Of a DNA stretch of 25,939 nucleotides, positions 18,287 through 25,802 are shown one piece after another. Position numbers and translations under genes: made by a program. This stretch comes from a virus. Its lineage: Duplodnaviria; Caudoviricetes. Within the stretch, counting starts at the first letter, position 1, and every line of letters begins with the position of its first letter. Where the stretch lies: positions 1 through 25,939 of IMG/VR virus record IMGVR_UViG_3300030330_000338. One strand, written 5' to 3'. Below the pieces are notes generated by a model. It searched no databases and was not told where the DNA came from. It saw only the letters and a list, made by a program, of their open reading frames with translations.

Positions 18287-19444
18287 TTAATATGCAACAT
18301 CTAACGCAATAACACCAAAGTCTTCATTCTGACCTGTTACGTCTGAATGATACAAAGGCTTCTTGAGTCCAAATATTTTACCAATTGAAATACCATTTTG
18401 GTTTCCATAGTCAAATGTGTCTTCAACTATTTCAGGAATACCAATATCAGCCATCGCTAATGCTTGTGCGCCTGCAAAGATACATCTTGAATAATCTACA
18501 TCTGCATTTGCGCCGCCTTTAAAACCAGCAGCTCCTGCATTTGATGATGTGCCACTTGTAGCACCAGTAGTATTAAACACGTGTCTAAACTCGTGAATCA
18601 TAATACCGTCAACCATTAGACTTGATGATCCAGAGAACAAGCTTGATTGTGGTCCTCTGATTCCAGCTTGTCTTACGTTAGCAAGAAAATCTGAATCAAG
18701 TTTAAGGTCAGCCATAACTTGTGGAGTTACGAAAAGATGGAACATCTCGTCATTACCCGCACCTCTTAGGCCTCTGATGTATTGATCTTTAGCATAAGCT
18801 TTTAAATCAACAATGGTTTTATAGCTAAGTTTGTCAGCTGCTGTCATAGCAGTAACATCTCCGGCTTGTAAAGTAATGTTACCACTACCGTCAACGTCCA
18901 CTCTCTTATGTCTATTAGAGGTTGGAGCACTTACAGCACTTGAAAACTCTAAGTCGTTTAGATTTTGCCCTGAGTTCATTGATGGTCTTAATGCACCATT
19001 GTTCTTAAGGTTATATCCTATTCCACTTAAAGTGAGAAATGCTAATTGGTCCATTCTGTCAGCCATTGCATATGCAAGTGCGTCTCTTGAATGTTCCCTA
19101 AAGTTTACAACTGACTTTTGATCTGCAAGTCTACCAGATAATCTGTTTGCAAATCTTAGTTGGTCAATTGTTACGACGATATCGAAAGCTCTTAGTGCCT
19201 CTTCGTTACCTTCTAAAGTATTGTCTCCAACGATACCATCACCAGTCATATCGGCTAAAAGTGTTAATACAGCTCTAGCTCCTTTTTCTGATTGAGTAAG
19301 TTCAGATATAACCTGAACCATAGCATTGGATCCGCTACCTGCGAATTGGTTGACGAAGGACATATTTCTAGCGACACGCCAAAAATCACGCGACCAGATA
19401 GTTAATTGTTCACTGGTCAACGAAGCAAAATTAGTATTTGCCAT
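18287..19444 (-). CDS. Major capsid protein, N4-gp56 / DUF4043-like (385 aa; start revised from 19462 to 19444)
   Basis: AAGGAGA SD sits just upstream of ATG 19444 (MANTNF). Motifs ELT.SEKGARAVLTLLAD, LEGNEEAL, IDQLR, NFREHSRDALAYAMADR.DQ, GAQALA.AD and EDTFDYGN. Follows portal and scaffold. Confidence 0.9.
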   Translation of the reverse strand: MANTNFASLTSEQLTIWSRDFWRVARNMSFVNQFAGSGSNAMVQVISELTQSEKGARAVLTLLADMTGDGIVGDNTLEGNEEALRAFDIVVTIDQLRFANRLSGRLADQKSVVNFREHSRDALAYAMADRMDQLAFLTLSGIGYNLKNNGALRPSMNSGQNLNDLEFSSAVSAPTSNRHKRVDVDGSGNITLQAGDVTAMTAADKLSYKTIVDLKAYAKDQYIRGLRGAGNDEMFHLFVTPQVMADLKLDSDFLANVRQAGIRGPQSSLFSGSSSLMVDGIMIHEFRHVFNTTGATSGTSSNAGAAGFKGGANADVDYSRCIFAGAQALAMADIGIPEIVEDTFDYGNQNGISIGKIFGLKKPLYHSDVTGQNEDFGVIALDVAY

Positions 19445-19464
19445 GATAATTCTCCTTATCAAAG

Positions 19465-19640
19465 TTGTTTAAACCAGTCGTCTTTTGGAGCGACTACCTA
19501 TCCGTATACCCACTGTCGTAGGGGGAACGCTCTCGTTACTTACGGATCACGAATCCGGTTAGTTTAACGCCTTAACAGGCGAAAAAACGATTTTTTACAG
19601 GAACGACCCTGGCAAGATATCGCTCTTGCGTGCGAACTTG
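19465..19640 (-). ncRNA. Candidate structured RNA / capsid mRNA leader (unassigned family)
   Basis: Only long intergenic gap in the window. It has at least seven short inverted repeats, four of them abutting over 19568-19629, two longer-range pairings, and 16 CG dinucleotides counted in ~175 nt of an AT-rich genome. Confidence 0.6.
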
Positions 19641-19643
19641 TTT

Positions 19644-19656
19644 TATTTATACCACA
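19644..19656 (-). promoter_or_regulatory. Putative extended -10 promoter TGTGGTATAAAT upstream of the capsid leader
   Basis: TGTG-G-TATAAA lies 2 nt after the scaffold stop and just before the structured region. The same TGTGGTATA 9-mer recurs 1 nt after the capsid stop (18277-18285). Confidence 0.45.
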
Positions 19657-19658
19657 GT

Positions 19659-20684
19659 TTATCCGAAATCTCCACGCATTCTTTTTAAAGTTTCTGCAGG
19701 TAAAGCATCAAACTCATCAACAGACATGTTATTTATATCTACTTTTGTGTCTATTTTATTTTTACCTTTCATAGCAGGTGGTTGTTTTTCAGCTGCTTCT
19801 AATTTTTTAGTGTTGTTTACTACTTGTTTCTTTTTAATTATCTTTTTAGCAGTTTCTATTTTTTCTGAATCTGCTGTATTAGGTTTACCCATAATTAAAT
19901 TTACAGATTTTTGTAAAGCGTCTGCTCCAGTATAGCCCTGTACCATATAAGCATCTCTTAGTTCTAAAACTTCGTTTGTCTTGTCTTGGTTAAAATTAGG
20001 ATCTGCTTGGTTAAGTTCAGGATATATAGCTTCTAGTTGAGTAGCTTTTGTTTGTAAATCAACCATTTCTTGGTTTTGTGTAACTGTTTGGCCCATTTTT
20101 GCTTGTACTTCAAACATCATTTGTTGTCTTTCTGCATCTCGTATTTCAGAGCGTACTTGTGTGGCTTTGTCAGTATCACCTTCTAATAAAAGAGTTTGAT
20201 ATTCTTGTTCTTTAGCAACAAAATCAAATTCTGGAGCTTCTTTTACATCTTCTACTTTTGGAGCGAGCGCTTCATCTAATCTTTTTTGTAAAGCTTTTTG
20301 TTTTTCTAATACTTGGTCAAACCTAGATTTAGGTATCATAGGCTCCTTTGGTGTCGATCCGTCAGTTCCTTCCTCAACTGTTTCCTCAGATTGTTGTGGA
20401 CCTCCCTCATCTTCTGCCAATACTGTTTCTTCTCCTGTATCTTCTGCGACTGCAGGTTCAGGTTCAACTTCTTCCTCTTCAAGTTCCTCTTCAGGCTCTT
20501 CTGATGATTCTTCTTCAGCCTCTTGTTCTGATTCTTCTTCAACTTCTGTTTCCTCCTGTTCTTCCGTTTCAAAGTTCATATCTACCTCGAAGCCTTTTCT
20601 ATCTTCTTCGGTCTTTGGATCTGCTCCAGGCATTCCGTCTAACACGATTTCTTCTGGATTTGTTTTATCTTCTTTCTTAGCCAT
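19659..20684 (-). CDS. Capsid scaffolding protein (341 aa)
   Basis: Between portal and capsid genes. Very Glu-rich N-terminus, MIPKSRFDQV motif, coiled-coil-like middle, and C-terminal INNMSVDEFDALPAETLKRMRGD helical hairpin. Confidence 0.8.
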   Translation of the reverse strand: MAKKEDKTNPEEIVLDGMPGADPKTEEDRKGFEVDMNFETEEQEETEVEEESEQEAEEESSEEPEEELEEEEVEPEPAVAEDTGEETVLAEDEGGPQQSEETVEEGTDGSTPKEPMIPKSRFDQVLEKQKALQKRLDEALAPKVEDVKEAPEFDFVAKEQEYQTLLLEGDTDKATQVRSEIRDAERQQMMFEVQAKMGQTVTQNQEMVDLQTKATQLEAIYPELNQADPNFNQDKTNEVLELRDAYMVQGYTGADALQKSVNLIMGKPNTADSEKIETAKKIIKKKQVVNNTKKLEAAEKQPPAMKGKNKIDTKVDINNMSVDEFDALPAETLKRMRGDFG

Positions 20685-22810
20685 TATTCAGTACCTCCTG
20701 TGGGTTTGTCTAAGTTTTTCATTGCTTCAGTAGCCATCTTAGCTGCTGCTGCGGTGTCGCTTTGTTCTTTACGCATATCGTTTGTCAGTGCTGACAACTT
20801 CTCACGTAAGGTAAGCTCTTCACGTTTTTGTTGTAGTTTACTTTGTAATTCAGCAACCTTCAACTGTGGTTCTTGTGAAACTTGTTCTGTTTTAGCAGCA
20901 TTTAAAGCTGCAGCAGTTTGTAGGTTAGCTACTTCTGCTTCTAATTTAGCTATTTCAAGCTGTGTTCCTCTAATTTGTGATTCCATCTGGAACTGTTGTA
21001 ATTGCATTTGTTCTTGTGTTGGCGGAGCAGTTCCTTCCATTTGTCTAATTCTATCGGCTACATCTGCTTTACGTGATAAATGCGAATACTCTACTATCAT
21101 GTCATTTGGTATTGGCACTCCAACTTGTCGTAGGGCTATAGCCTCTGCAAATTGCATTTCATCAAAGTTATCTCTAGCAGGAGCAGAGGATACTACTACG
21201 TCATATTCTCCTAGCTGTAAATCATTTATAACTTGTCCTTCCGGTGTCATTACGTTTACACGTAGTGGTGTTCTAGGTTTATATGGATCTTCTTCATCTG
21301 TTATTTGTAAAACTCTTTCTTCTGTATAAAAAGTTTGTACTAATTTTAAAATAGATTCTGCTAGGTATTGTCTAGTTTTAGCTAAGTTAGTAAGAGGCAC
21401 TTGCAACATTGTAGAGCCCCTATTTTGTTTAGCATTTATAGCTACTCCAGAAACTTCAGGGCTATCCATACCTAACATGGCGTCAGAAATACCACTTATC
21501 TCTTTTATATTGTTGGCTGCTTTTTGTCCTAATCTGTCTAATCCCGTAGGTATTTGGTTAGGAGGTATTTTAGCTGGGGGAGTTGACCCACGGTTAAATT
21601 CTAATACTAATCCTGTTTCTGCTCCATGTTCTTCTAAATCATCTGCAGTCATGCCTGCAAGAGAACCATTTTCTACGATCCAACCACTATTAGCAGTTGT
21701 ATTAACTATGTGTAACTCTTGTGACGTAATTTTATTTAACTGTTCTTGTGGTGATAAAAGGTTTCGCACCATTCCAAATGGTTTGCCTCTACGAAAATAT
21801 GGAAAATAAGGCACGATTGTAAACTGTGGATATGGAGACCAGTCATCAAATAAAACAACTGTATCAGCTGTTACAGTCCATCTAACTTTTCTCATAAGTT
21901 TAGTTGTTATTTCTAGTCCAAACTGATCCGCAAAGTCTTCTCTTTTCTTTTTACCCCACGCATAAGGAACTTCTCTCATGTCTCCAGTTACTACATCTAC
22001 ATAGTACATACACTCTTTGAGTCTGTAATATTGTCTTTCTATAACTCTTATGGCCCTTAACATACGTGCGTTCTCTGGATCACCAGGAAACTGTTGTCCG
22101 TAATTGTATTCGTCTGTATCTCCATATCTTTCTTCTTCAAACTCCATGGAATCAGCGCCCATAGTATTTCCTGTTTCTGCCAACATTCTTAACTTATCTG
22201 CTTTTTGTTGGCCATACGTTTCTTCTATTTCATCTAGACTCATCCATTTGCTTTCGAATATTTCATTCCAAGTTTTTGGGTCGTAATGTTTTGCATCCGG
22301 GTCAATAAGTATGTCTATAGGGTCTTTAGCTTCTATTTTTACTTCGCCCATAAGATGGTCGTCAAAATCTATTCTTACATCAAAGTATCCCCTGTCTTGA
22401 ATAAGACCATCAGAAAAAACCTGTCCTTCTACCCAATCTAATTTATTATTGTCTGCTATTTGTTGGTAAACCTTAGTAAGTACATCAGCTATTTCTTGGT
22501 TACCGCCGCCTCTAGGTTTAAACTGAATATCTGCTTTTTTTGTGCTTTGTTCTCCGAGCACTGCATTAATCGTAGGTAGAATAGTGTTTATTGTTAGTGC
22601 GGGCCTGCCTTGGTCATCGAGTTCTTGCATATCAAACTCGTCCCACTGATCTCCTCTGTAGTACATGTCACATTTTTTAGCCATTTGAATATATTCTTCA
22701 TGGCCATTGTCTCGAGCTCTTGTGTAACATTCCCATTGGCTTTTTGCTAAGGCGAGTTCTTCGGCTTTATTTAAAGTCTTTTTTAATTTTTTTCTTTTAC
22801 TATACGCCAT
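20684..22810 (-). CDS. Portal protein, P22-like (708 aa)
   Basis: YYRGDQW...GRPALTIN.ILP.IN.VLGEQ, FSDGLIQDRGY, FTIVPYF, GMVRNL..PQ..LNK, SGVAI..KQ..G, GEYDVVV and a Gln-rich C-terminal barrel coiled coil. Directly follows terminase. Confidence 0.92.
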   Translation of the reverse strand: MAYSKRKKLKKTLNKAEELALAKSQWECYTRARDNGHEEYIQMAKKCDMYYRGDQWDEFDMQELDDQGRPALTINTILPTINAVLGEQSTKKADIQFKPRGGGNQEIADVLTKVYQQIADNNKLDWVEGQVFSDGLIQDRGYFDVRIDFDDHLMGEVKIEAKDPIDILIDPDAKHYDPKTWNEIFESKWMSLDEIEETYGQQKADKLRMLAETGNTMGADSMEFEEERYGDTDEYNYGQQFPGDPENARMLRAIRVIERQYYRLKECMYYVDVVTGDMREVPYAWGKKKREDFADQFGLEITTKLMRKVRWTVTADTVVLFDDWSPYPQFTIVPYFPYFRRGKPFGMVRNLLSPQEQLNKITSQELHIVNTTANSGWIVENGSLAGMTADDLEEHGAETGLVLEFNRGSTPPAKIPPNQIPTGLDRLGQKAANNIKEISGISDAMLGMDSPEVSGVAINAKQNRGSTMLQVPLTNLAKTRQYLAESILKLVQTFYTEERVLQITDEEDPYKPRTPLRVNVMTPEGQVINDLQLGEYDVVVSSAPARDNFDEMQFAEAIALRQVGVPIPNDMIVEYSHLSRKADVADRIRQMEGTAPPTQEQMQLQQFQMESQIRGTQLEIAKLEAEVANLQTAAALNAAKTEQVSQEPQLKVAELQSKLQQKREELTLREKLSALTNDMRKEQSDTAAAAKMATEAMKNLDKPTGGTE

Positions 22811-24445
22811 TTATGCACTCATAGCCGTTTTCTTTTTCGGCCCCTTTGCTATATATCTTAACCTATCACGCCAAGAAGGTATATGCTCTGGCGCTTCATA
22901 AAAAGTTGCGTATTCTGTCATCATTAAACCAACCCAGGCCAAAGCGTCAACTTGGTCATCATGCACGCCATTAGGAAAACGCAAAAGTTCAGCAACCAGG
23001 GTGCTTGTCCATGCGGCATTTTCAGGTATAAATACTCTGCCCTGTTGCATTCTGCCTTGTATAGCTCTTGCTCTTGCTTCTTTATCACGTCGCCCTACTT
23101 TTAAATCTTTAAAATATGCTGAATGTAATTTACGTTCTGATACCCTTTTTTGTAGAAAAGGCCCAATAGCCATTTCTATGTGACTTTTTTCTATGCCCAC
23201 TATACCAGGCCTCCACTGTTCATAAAAGTCTAATATTTTTTCTACTAATTCGTACCCGTCGTATTTGCCCCGAACAAGATCTACCACGAACATATTATCG
23301 TATTCATCAATACCAACTGTTATACCAACAGAGTAGTCGTTTCTATCTCTCTGTCCGATTGCTAAGTCCCAAGCGGTATAGTACCGTAACTTATCATACT
23401 CTATATCTGGCTCATCAAAATACTGAATCATGTCACGGGTAAAGTAATCACCATCATCTGACACAGGGTTTTGTTGATACAAAGCAGTCCAATCTCTAGG
23501 CCCGATAGCTTTTTGTATCATTTCTAAAGATTCGTGGTTATAACGCTCAGGGTGTAATGGTTCACCTTGTTTTCTAAACTCTTCATCTTCTTCTGCAATA
23601 GCAGGATATTTAACTACTTCCCAATCATCTGCACCATTTTCACCAGCCATTAACAACCGGCCAGCTAAATCATCATCATGCCACCTGGTTAGAATGACTA
23701 GTATACCTCCACCCGGGGAAAGCCTAGTATAAGCAGTAGAGGTATACCAGTCCCACGTGGCCTCTCTGTTATTTTCAGACTCTGCGTCTTCTCGGTTTTT
23801 AATAGGATCGTCGATCAGTAACACGTGCGCACCTTTACCGGTAATACCACCACCAACACCAGCTGCTACATAACCACCGCCTTGGGTAGTTTGCCAAGAC
23901 TCTACTGACTGTGAATCTTTGTCGAGGCGCGATTTTTCAAAAATAGTCTTATATGTAGGTTCTCTTAGCACTTGTCGTACTTTTCTAGAGAAACTCATCG
24001 CCAAAGAGCCCGAATACGAACAACTTATAAACTCATGGCCTGGATTACGGCCTAAATGCCAAGCAGGGAAAGCAACACTGGCTAAAGTACTTTTGCCGTG
24101 TCTAGGAGGCATAAATAGCATTAATCTAGGTGATTTTTTCTCTGCAACGTCTTGACTGAACTTTTCTAACCTTTGACATATGTCTTTGTGCACCCAACCA
24201 GCTTGATAATCAGGGTTAAACTTCTCAACAAAAGGTAACATACGTTTTCGTGCTAAAATACGCATTGCCAGTTCTTGTTCTGCCCGTATTTGACCTTTAT
24301 CTTGCTTTTTTTGTTGTTTTTTAGGTTCGGGTAGTTGTTCTGCCTCATCTGCAGCACAATACACGCATAACCCTTTAGGTAATACGAGGTTATCTGCTAA
24401 AAGTTTCTTACACTTATAGCATTCTATCTTTGGAATGTTTGTCAC
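22811..24445 (-). CDS. terL: Terminase large subunit (544 aa, GTG start)
   Basis: Walker A MPPRHGKS, GVGGGITGKGA, Walker B LLIDDP, coupling motif LTRWH, and nuclease motifs AWDLA and FPNGVHDDQVDA. Confidence 0.95.
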   Translation of the reverse strand: MTNIPKIECYKCKKLLADNLVLPKGLCVYCAADEAEQLPEPKKQQKKQDKGQIRAEQELAMRILARKRMLPFVEKFNPDYQAGWVHKDICQRLEKFSQDVAEKKSPRLMLFMPPRHGKSTLASVAFPAWHLGRNPGHEFISCSYSGSLAMSFSRKVRQVLREPTYKTIFEKSRLDKDSQSVESWQTTQGGGYVAAGVGGGITGKGAHVLLIDDPIKNREDAESENNREATWDWYTSTAYTRLSPGGGILVILTRWHDDDLAGRLLMAGENGADDWEVVKYPAIAEEDEEFRKQGEPLHPERYNHESLEMIQKAIGPRDWTALYQQNPVSDDGDYFTRDMIQYFDEPDIEYDKLRYYTAWDLAIGQRDRNDYSVGITVGIDEYDNMFVVDLVRGKYDGYELVEKILDFYEQWRPGIVGIEKSHIEMAIGPFLQKRVSERKLHSAYFKDLKVGRRDKEARARAIQGRMQQGRVFIPENAAWTSTLVAELLRFPNGVHDDQVDALAWVGLMMTEYATFYEAPEHIPSWRDRLRYIAKGPKKKTAMSA

Positions 24446-24447
24446 AC

Positions 24448-24543
24448 TTAATATTTATAAGTTTTTTTAGTTTTTTTCTTCTTTTTAGCCGATTTTTTCA
24501 TTTTTTTCATCGGTTTTTTAGAATATCCTTTACCATATCCCAT
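24448..24543 (-). CDS. Lys-rich micropeptide, 31 aa: MGYGKGYSKKPMKKMKKSAKKKKKTKKTYKY (not in ORF track)
   Basis: Manual translation. AAGGAG SD upstream of the ATG. Fills the gap exactly and stops 2 nt before the terL GTG. 15 Lys, no acidic residues. Confidence 0.75.
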   Translation of the reverse strand: MGYGKGYSKKPMKKMKKSAKKKKKTKKTYKY

Positions 24544-24558
24544 ATTTTTACTCCTTTT

Positions 24559-24843
24559 TTAACATTTCCACCTTCTTCTAGCCTGTCTTAGCCTAGAATT
24601 TGGATTTTTTGCTGCTTTTGGGAACTTTTTCATCTGTCCTGCGCTTCTTGCGCAAAAAGATTTACGTCTTTTAGCTGCTTTTGAGCCTTTTTTGACTTTC
24701 CCTGTTACTGCTCCTTTAAGTTTTGATCCTGGATTCTTCCTTCTGTAGGCTCTTATACCTGCTCTAGTCATTCCAGCGCCTTTTTTTGTTGGCCTAAAAT
24801 TCTTTTTGTTTCTTTTAGGCATATTATCTCTTTTTCTTGGCAC
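24559..24843 (-). CDS. Highly basic small protein, DUF6321-like (94 aa)
   Basis: GTG start with AAGGAG SD. 36 K+R versus 1 acidic residue. Motifs GMT.AG..AYRR.NPGSKLK, RRKSFCARS.G and SRL.QARRRWKC are recognised from aquatic phage small proteins (family name from memory). Confidence 0.75.
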   Translation of the reverse strand: MPRKRDNMPKRNKKNFRPTKKGAGMTRAGIRAYRRKNPGSKLKGAVTGKVKKGSKAAKRRKSFCARSAGQMKKFPKAAKNPNSRLRQARRRWKC

Positions 24844-25144
24844 GGGTTCTCCTTTTTACTGCAGGTTTTCTCTTCCTGACTATGGTTTTTACGTTGCGTG
24901 GTTTTCCGCCTGGATTACCTGCCGCACGTTTTCTTTTAACTGCACTTCGTCTTTGAGCCGCGGTCATAGACCTAGCTTTAGATCTTGGCACGCATTTTGG
25001 GTATTTACGTTTACTTTTACCCTTTGCGGACTTTCTACCACAAGGTTGAAACTTGCCTTTCTTCTTTGGTGCGCCTATGTCGACCCAGTCACCTTTTGGT
25101 CCCTTTCCGAACCAAGCAGTAAGACCGCCAGTAGGCTTAGCCAT
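24824..25144 (-). CDS. Highly basic small protein (106 aa)
   Basis: 39 K+R versus 2 acidic residues. Motifs GGLTAWF...DWVDI, PCGRK and YPKCVP. Start overlaps the upstream stop (TAATG). Confidence 0.75.
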   Translation of the reverse strand: MAKPTGGLTAWFGKGPKGDWVDIGAPKKKGKFQPCGRKSAKGKSKRKYPKCVPRSKARSMTAAQRRSAVKRKRAAGNPGGKPRNVKTIVRKRKPAVKRRTRAKKKR

Positions 25145-25326
25145 TATCTATATCCGCCGCCGCGTTTTTTATAAGTTCTAACTAACCAACCATTGGCGTA
25201 TGCCGAAGGATAGACCTTAAACTTCCGTTTAGCTTCAGCTTTTACCCTCGCATATAGAGCTGGGTTAGTTGGGGTTGCTCCTTTTCTCTTACTAGTCTTT
25301 TTCTTACTTTTTCTTTTTGCTGGCAT
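25144..25326 (-). CDS. Highly basic small protein, DUF5872-like (60 aa)
   Basis: AGGAGG SD. 20 K+R versus 1 acidic residue. Motif PTNPALYARVKAEAK...YPSAYA.GWLV..YK.RGG.Y (family name from memory). Confidence 0.75.
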   Translation of the reverse strand: MPAKRKSKKKTSKRKGATPTNPALYARVKAEAKRKFKVYPSAYANGWLVRTYKKRGGGYR

Positions 25327-25426
25327 TTTTCCCTCCTGTTGGAATAGATTTATATTTATTCATTTTCTTTGCAAATTTTTTCATATTGCTAGGGTGGGGG
25401 GCATTGATACCGTGGGTGCTTTTCAT
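25304..25426 (-). CDS. Lys-rich micropeptide, 40 aa: MKSTHGINAPHPSNMKKFAKKMNKYKSIPTGGKNASKKKK (not in ORF track)
   Basis: Manual translation. ATGA overlap with the lipoprotein stop, GAGG upstream. Bridges the gap to the next gene. 12 Lys, no acidic residues. Confidence 0.55.
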   Translation of the reverse strand: MKSTHGINAPHPSNMKKFAKKMNKYKSIPTGGKNASKKKK

Positions 25427-25704
25427 TTGATATCCTCTTCCTCTTCCTCTTCCTCGCCTTGAAGCTCGTTAGTTTGGTCATCAACTTCTTCTACAACATT
25501 ATCAACAACATCACCTGTTGACTCTGCTACAGTATCAATAACTCCGCTAACATCTTCTAAAGCTGAAGTAGTTATAGCGCCTGCTGTTTTAACAGTTGAA
25601 TCTATAACACTTGTTGTTAAATCTTTACCACCATCTATAACAGCACCTACCGTAGCACACGATGCTATAAAAACTGATACCAATACAAATATAATATTTT
25701 TCAT
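25423..25704 (-). CDS. Small acidic lipoprotein with 11-residue repeats (93 aa)
   Basis: AAGGAG SD. Signal peptide MKNIIFVLVSVF followed by lipobox IAS-C16. 22 acidic residues including a poly-Glu tail. Confidence 0.75.
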   Translation of the reverse strand: MKNIIFVLVSVFIASCATVGAVIDGGKDLTTSVIDSTVKTAGAITTSALEDVSGVIDTVAESTGDVVDNVVEEVDDQTNELQGEEEEEEEDIK

Positions 25705-25721
25705 AGTTTACTCCTTATATA

Positions 25722-25802
25722 TTATTTTTTCTTTTTGCCCATCTTTTTCTTTTTAGATTTTTTACCGGACATCTTCTTTGGGGGTTGATTTATACAATGC
25801 AT
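25722..25802 (-). CDS. Lys-rich micropeptide, 26 aa: MHCINQPPKKMSGKKSKKKKMGKKKK (not in ORF track)
   Basis: Manual translation. TAATG overlap with the upstream stop, AAGGA upstream. Ends just before the lipoprotein SD. 12 Lys. Confidence 0.6.
   Translation of the reverse strand: MHCINQPPKKMSGKKSKKKKMGKKKK

Noticed and set aside
19445-19462. ORF-track start of the capsid gene at 19462 (MIRRII extension)
   Set aside because: The extension contains the AAGGAGA SD itself, so ATG 19444 is the better start.
19465-19640. Intergenic structure as a tRNA, hammerhead ribozyme or simple terminator
   Set aside because: There is no T-loop/CCA cloverleaf and no CUGANGA/GAAA core. The many short hairpins lack a strong stem followed by a U-tract.
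24452-24459. TATAAATA (T4 late promoter consensus) upstream of terL and at 19644-19651
   Set aside because: An all-AT 8-mer is expected a few times by chance in an AT-rich 26-kb window, and nothing else here is T4-like.
24448-24543. Frameshift fusion of the poly-A-rich 31-aa ORF to terminase
   Set aside because: The terL reading frame has a TAA at 24455-24457, between the A-runs and the terL start, so slippage in those runs could not produce a fusion.
927-25174. Numerous plus-strand ORFs and short alternative-frame minus-strand ORFs (6983..7198, 20336..20572) in the ORF track
   Set aside because: All overlap well-supported minus-strand genes. Their Ser/Leu/Phe-rich or otherwise skewed translations are typical antisense or frame shadows, with no recognisable motifs.
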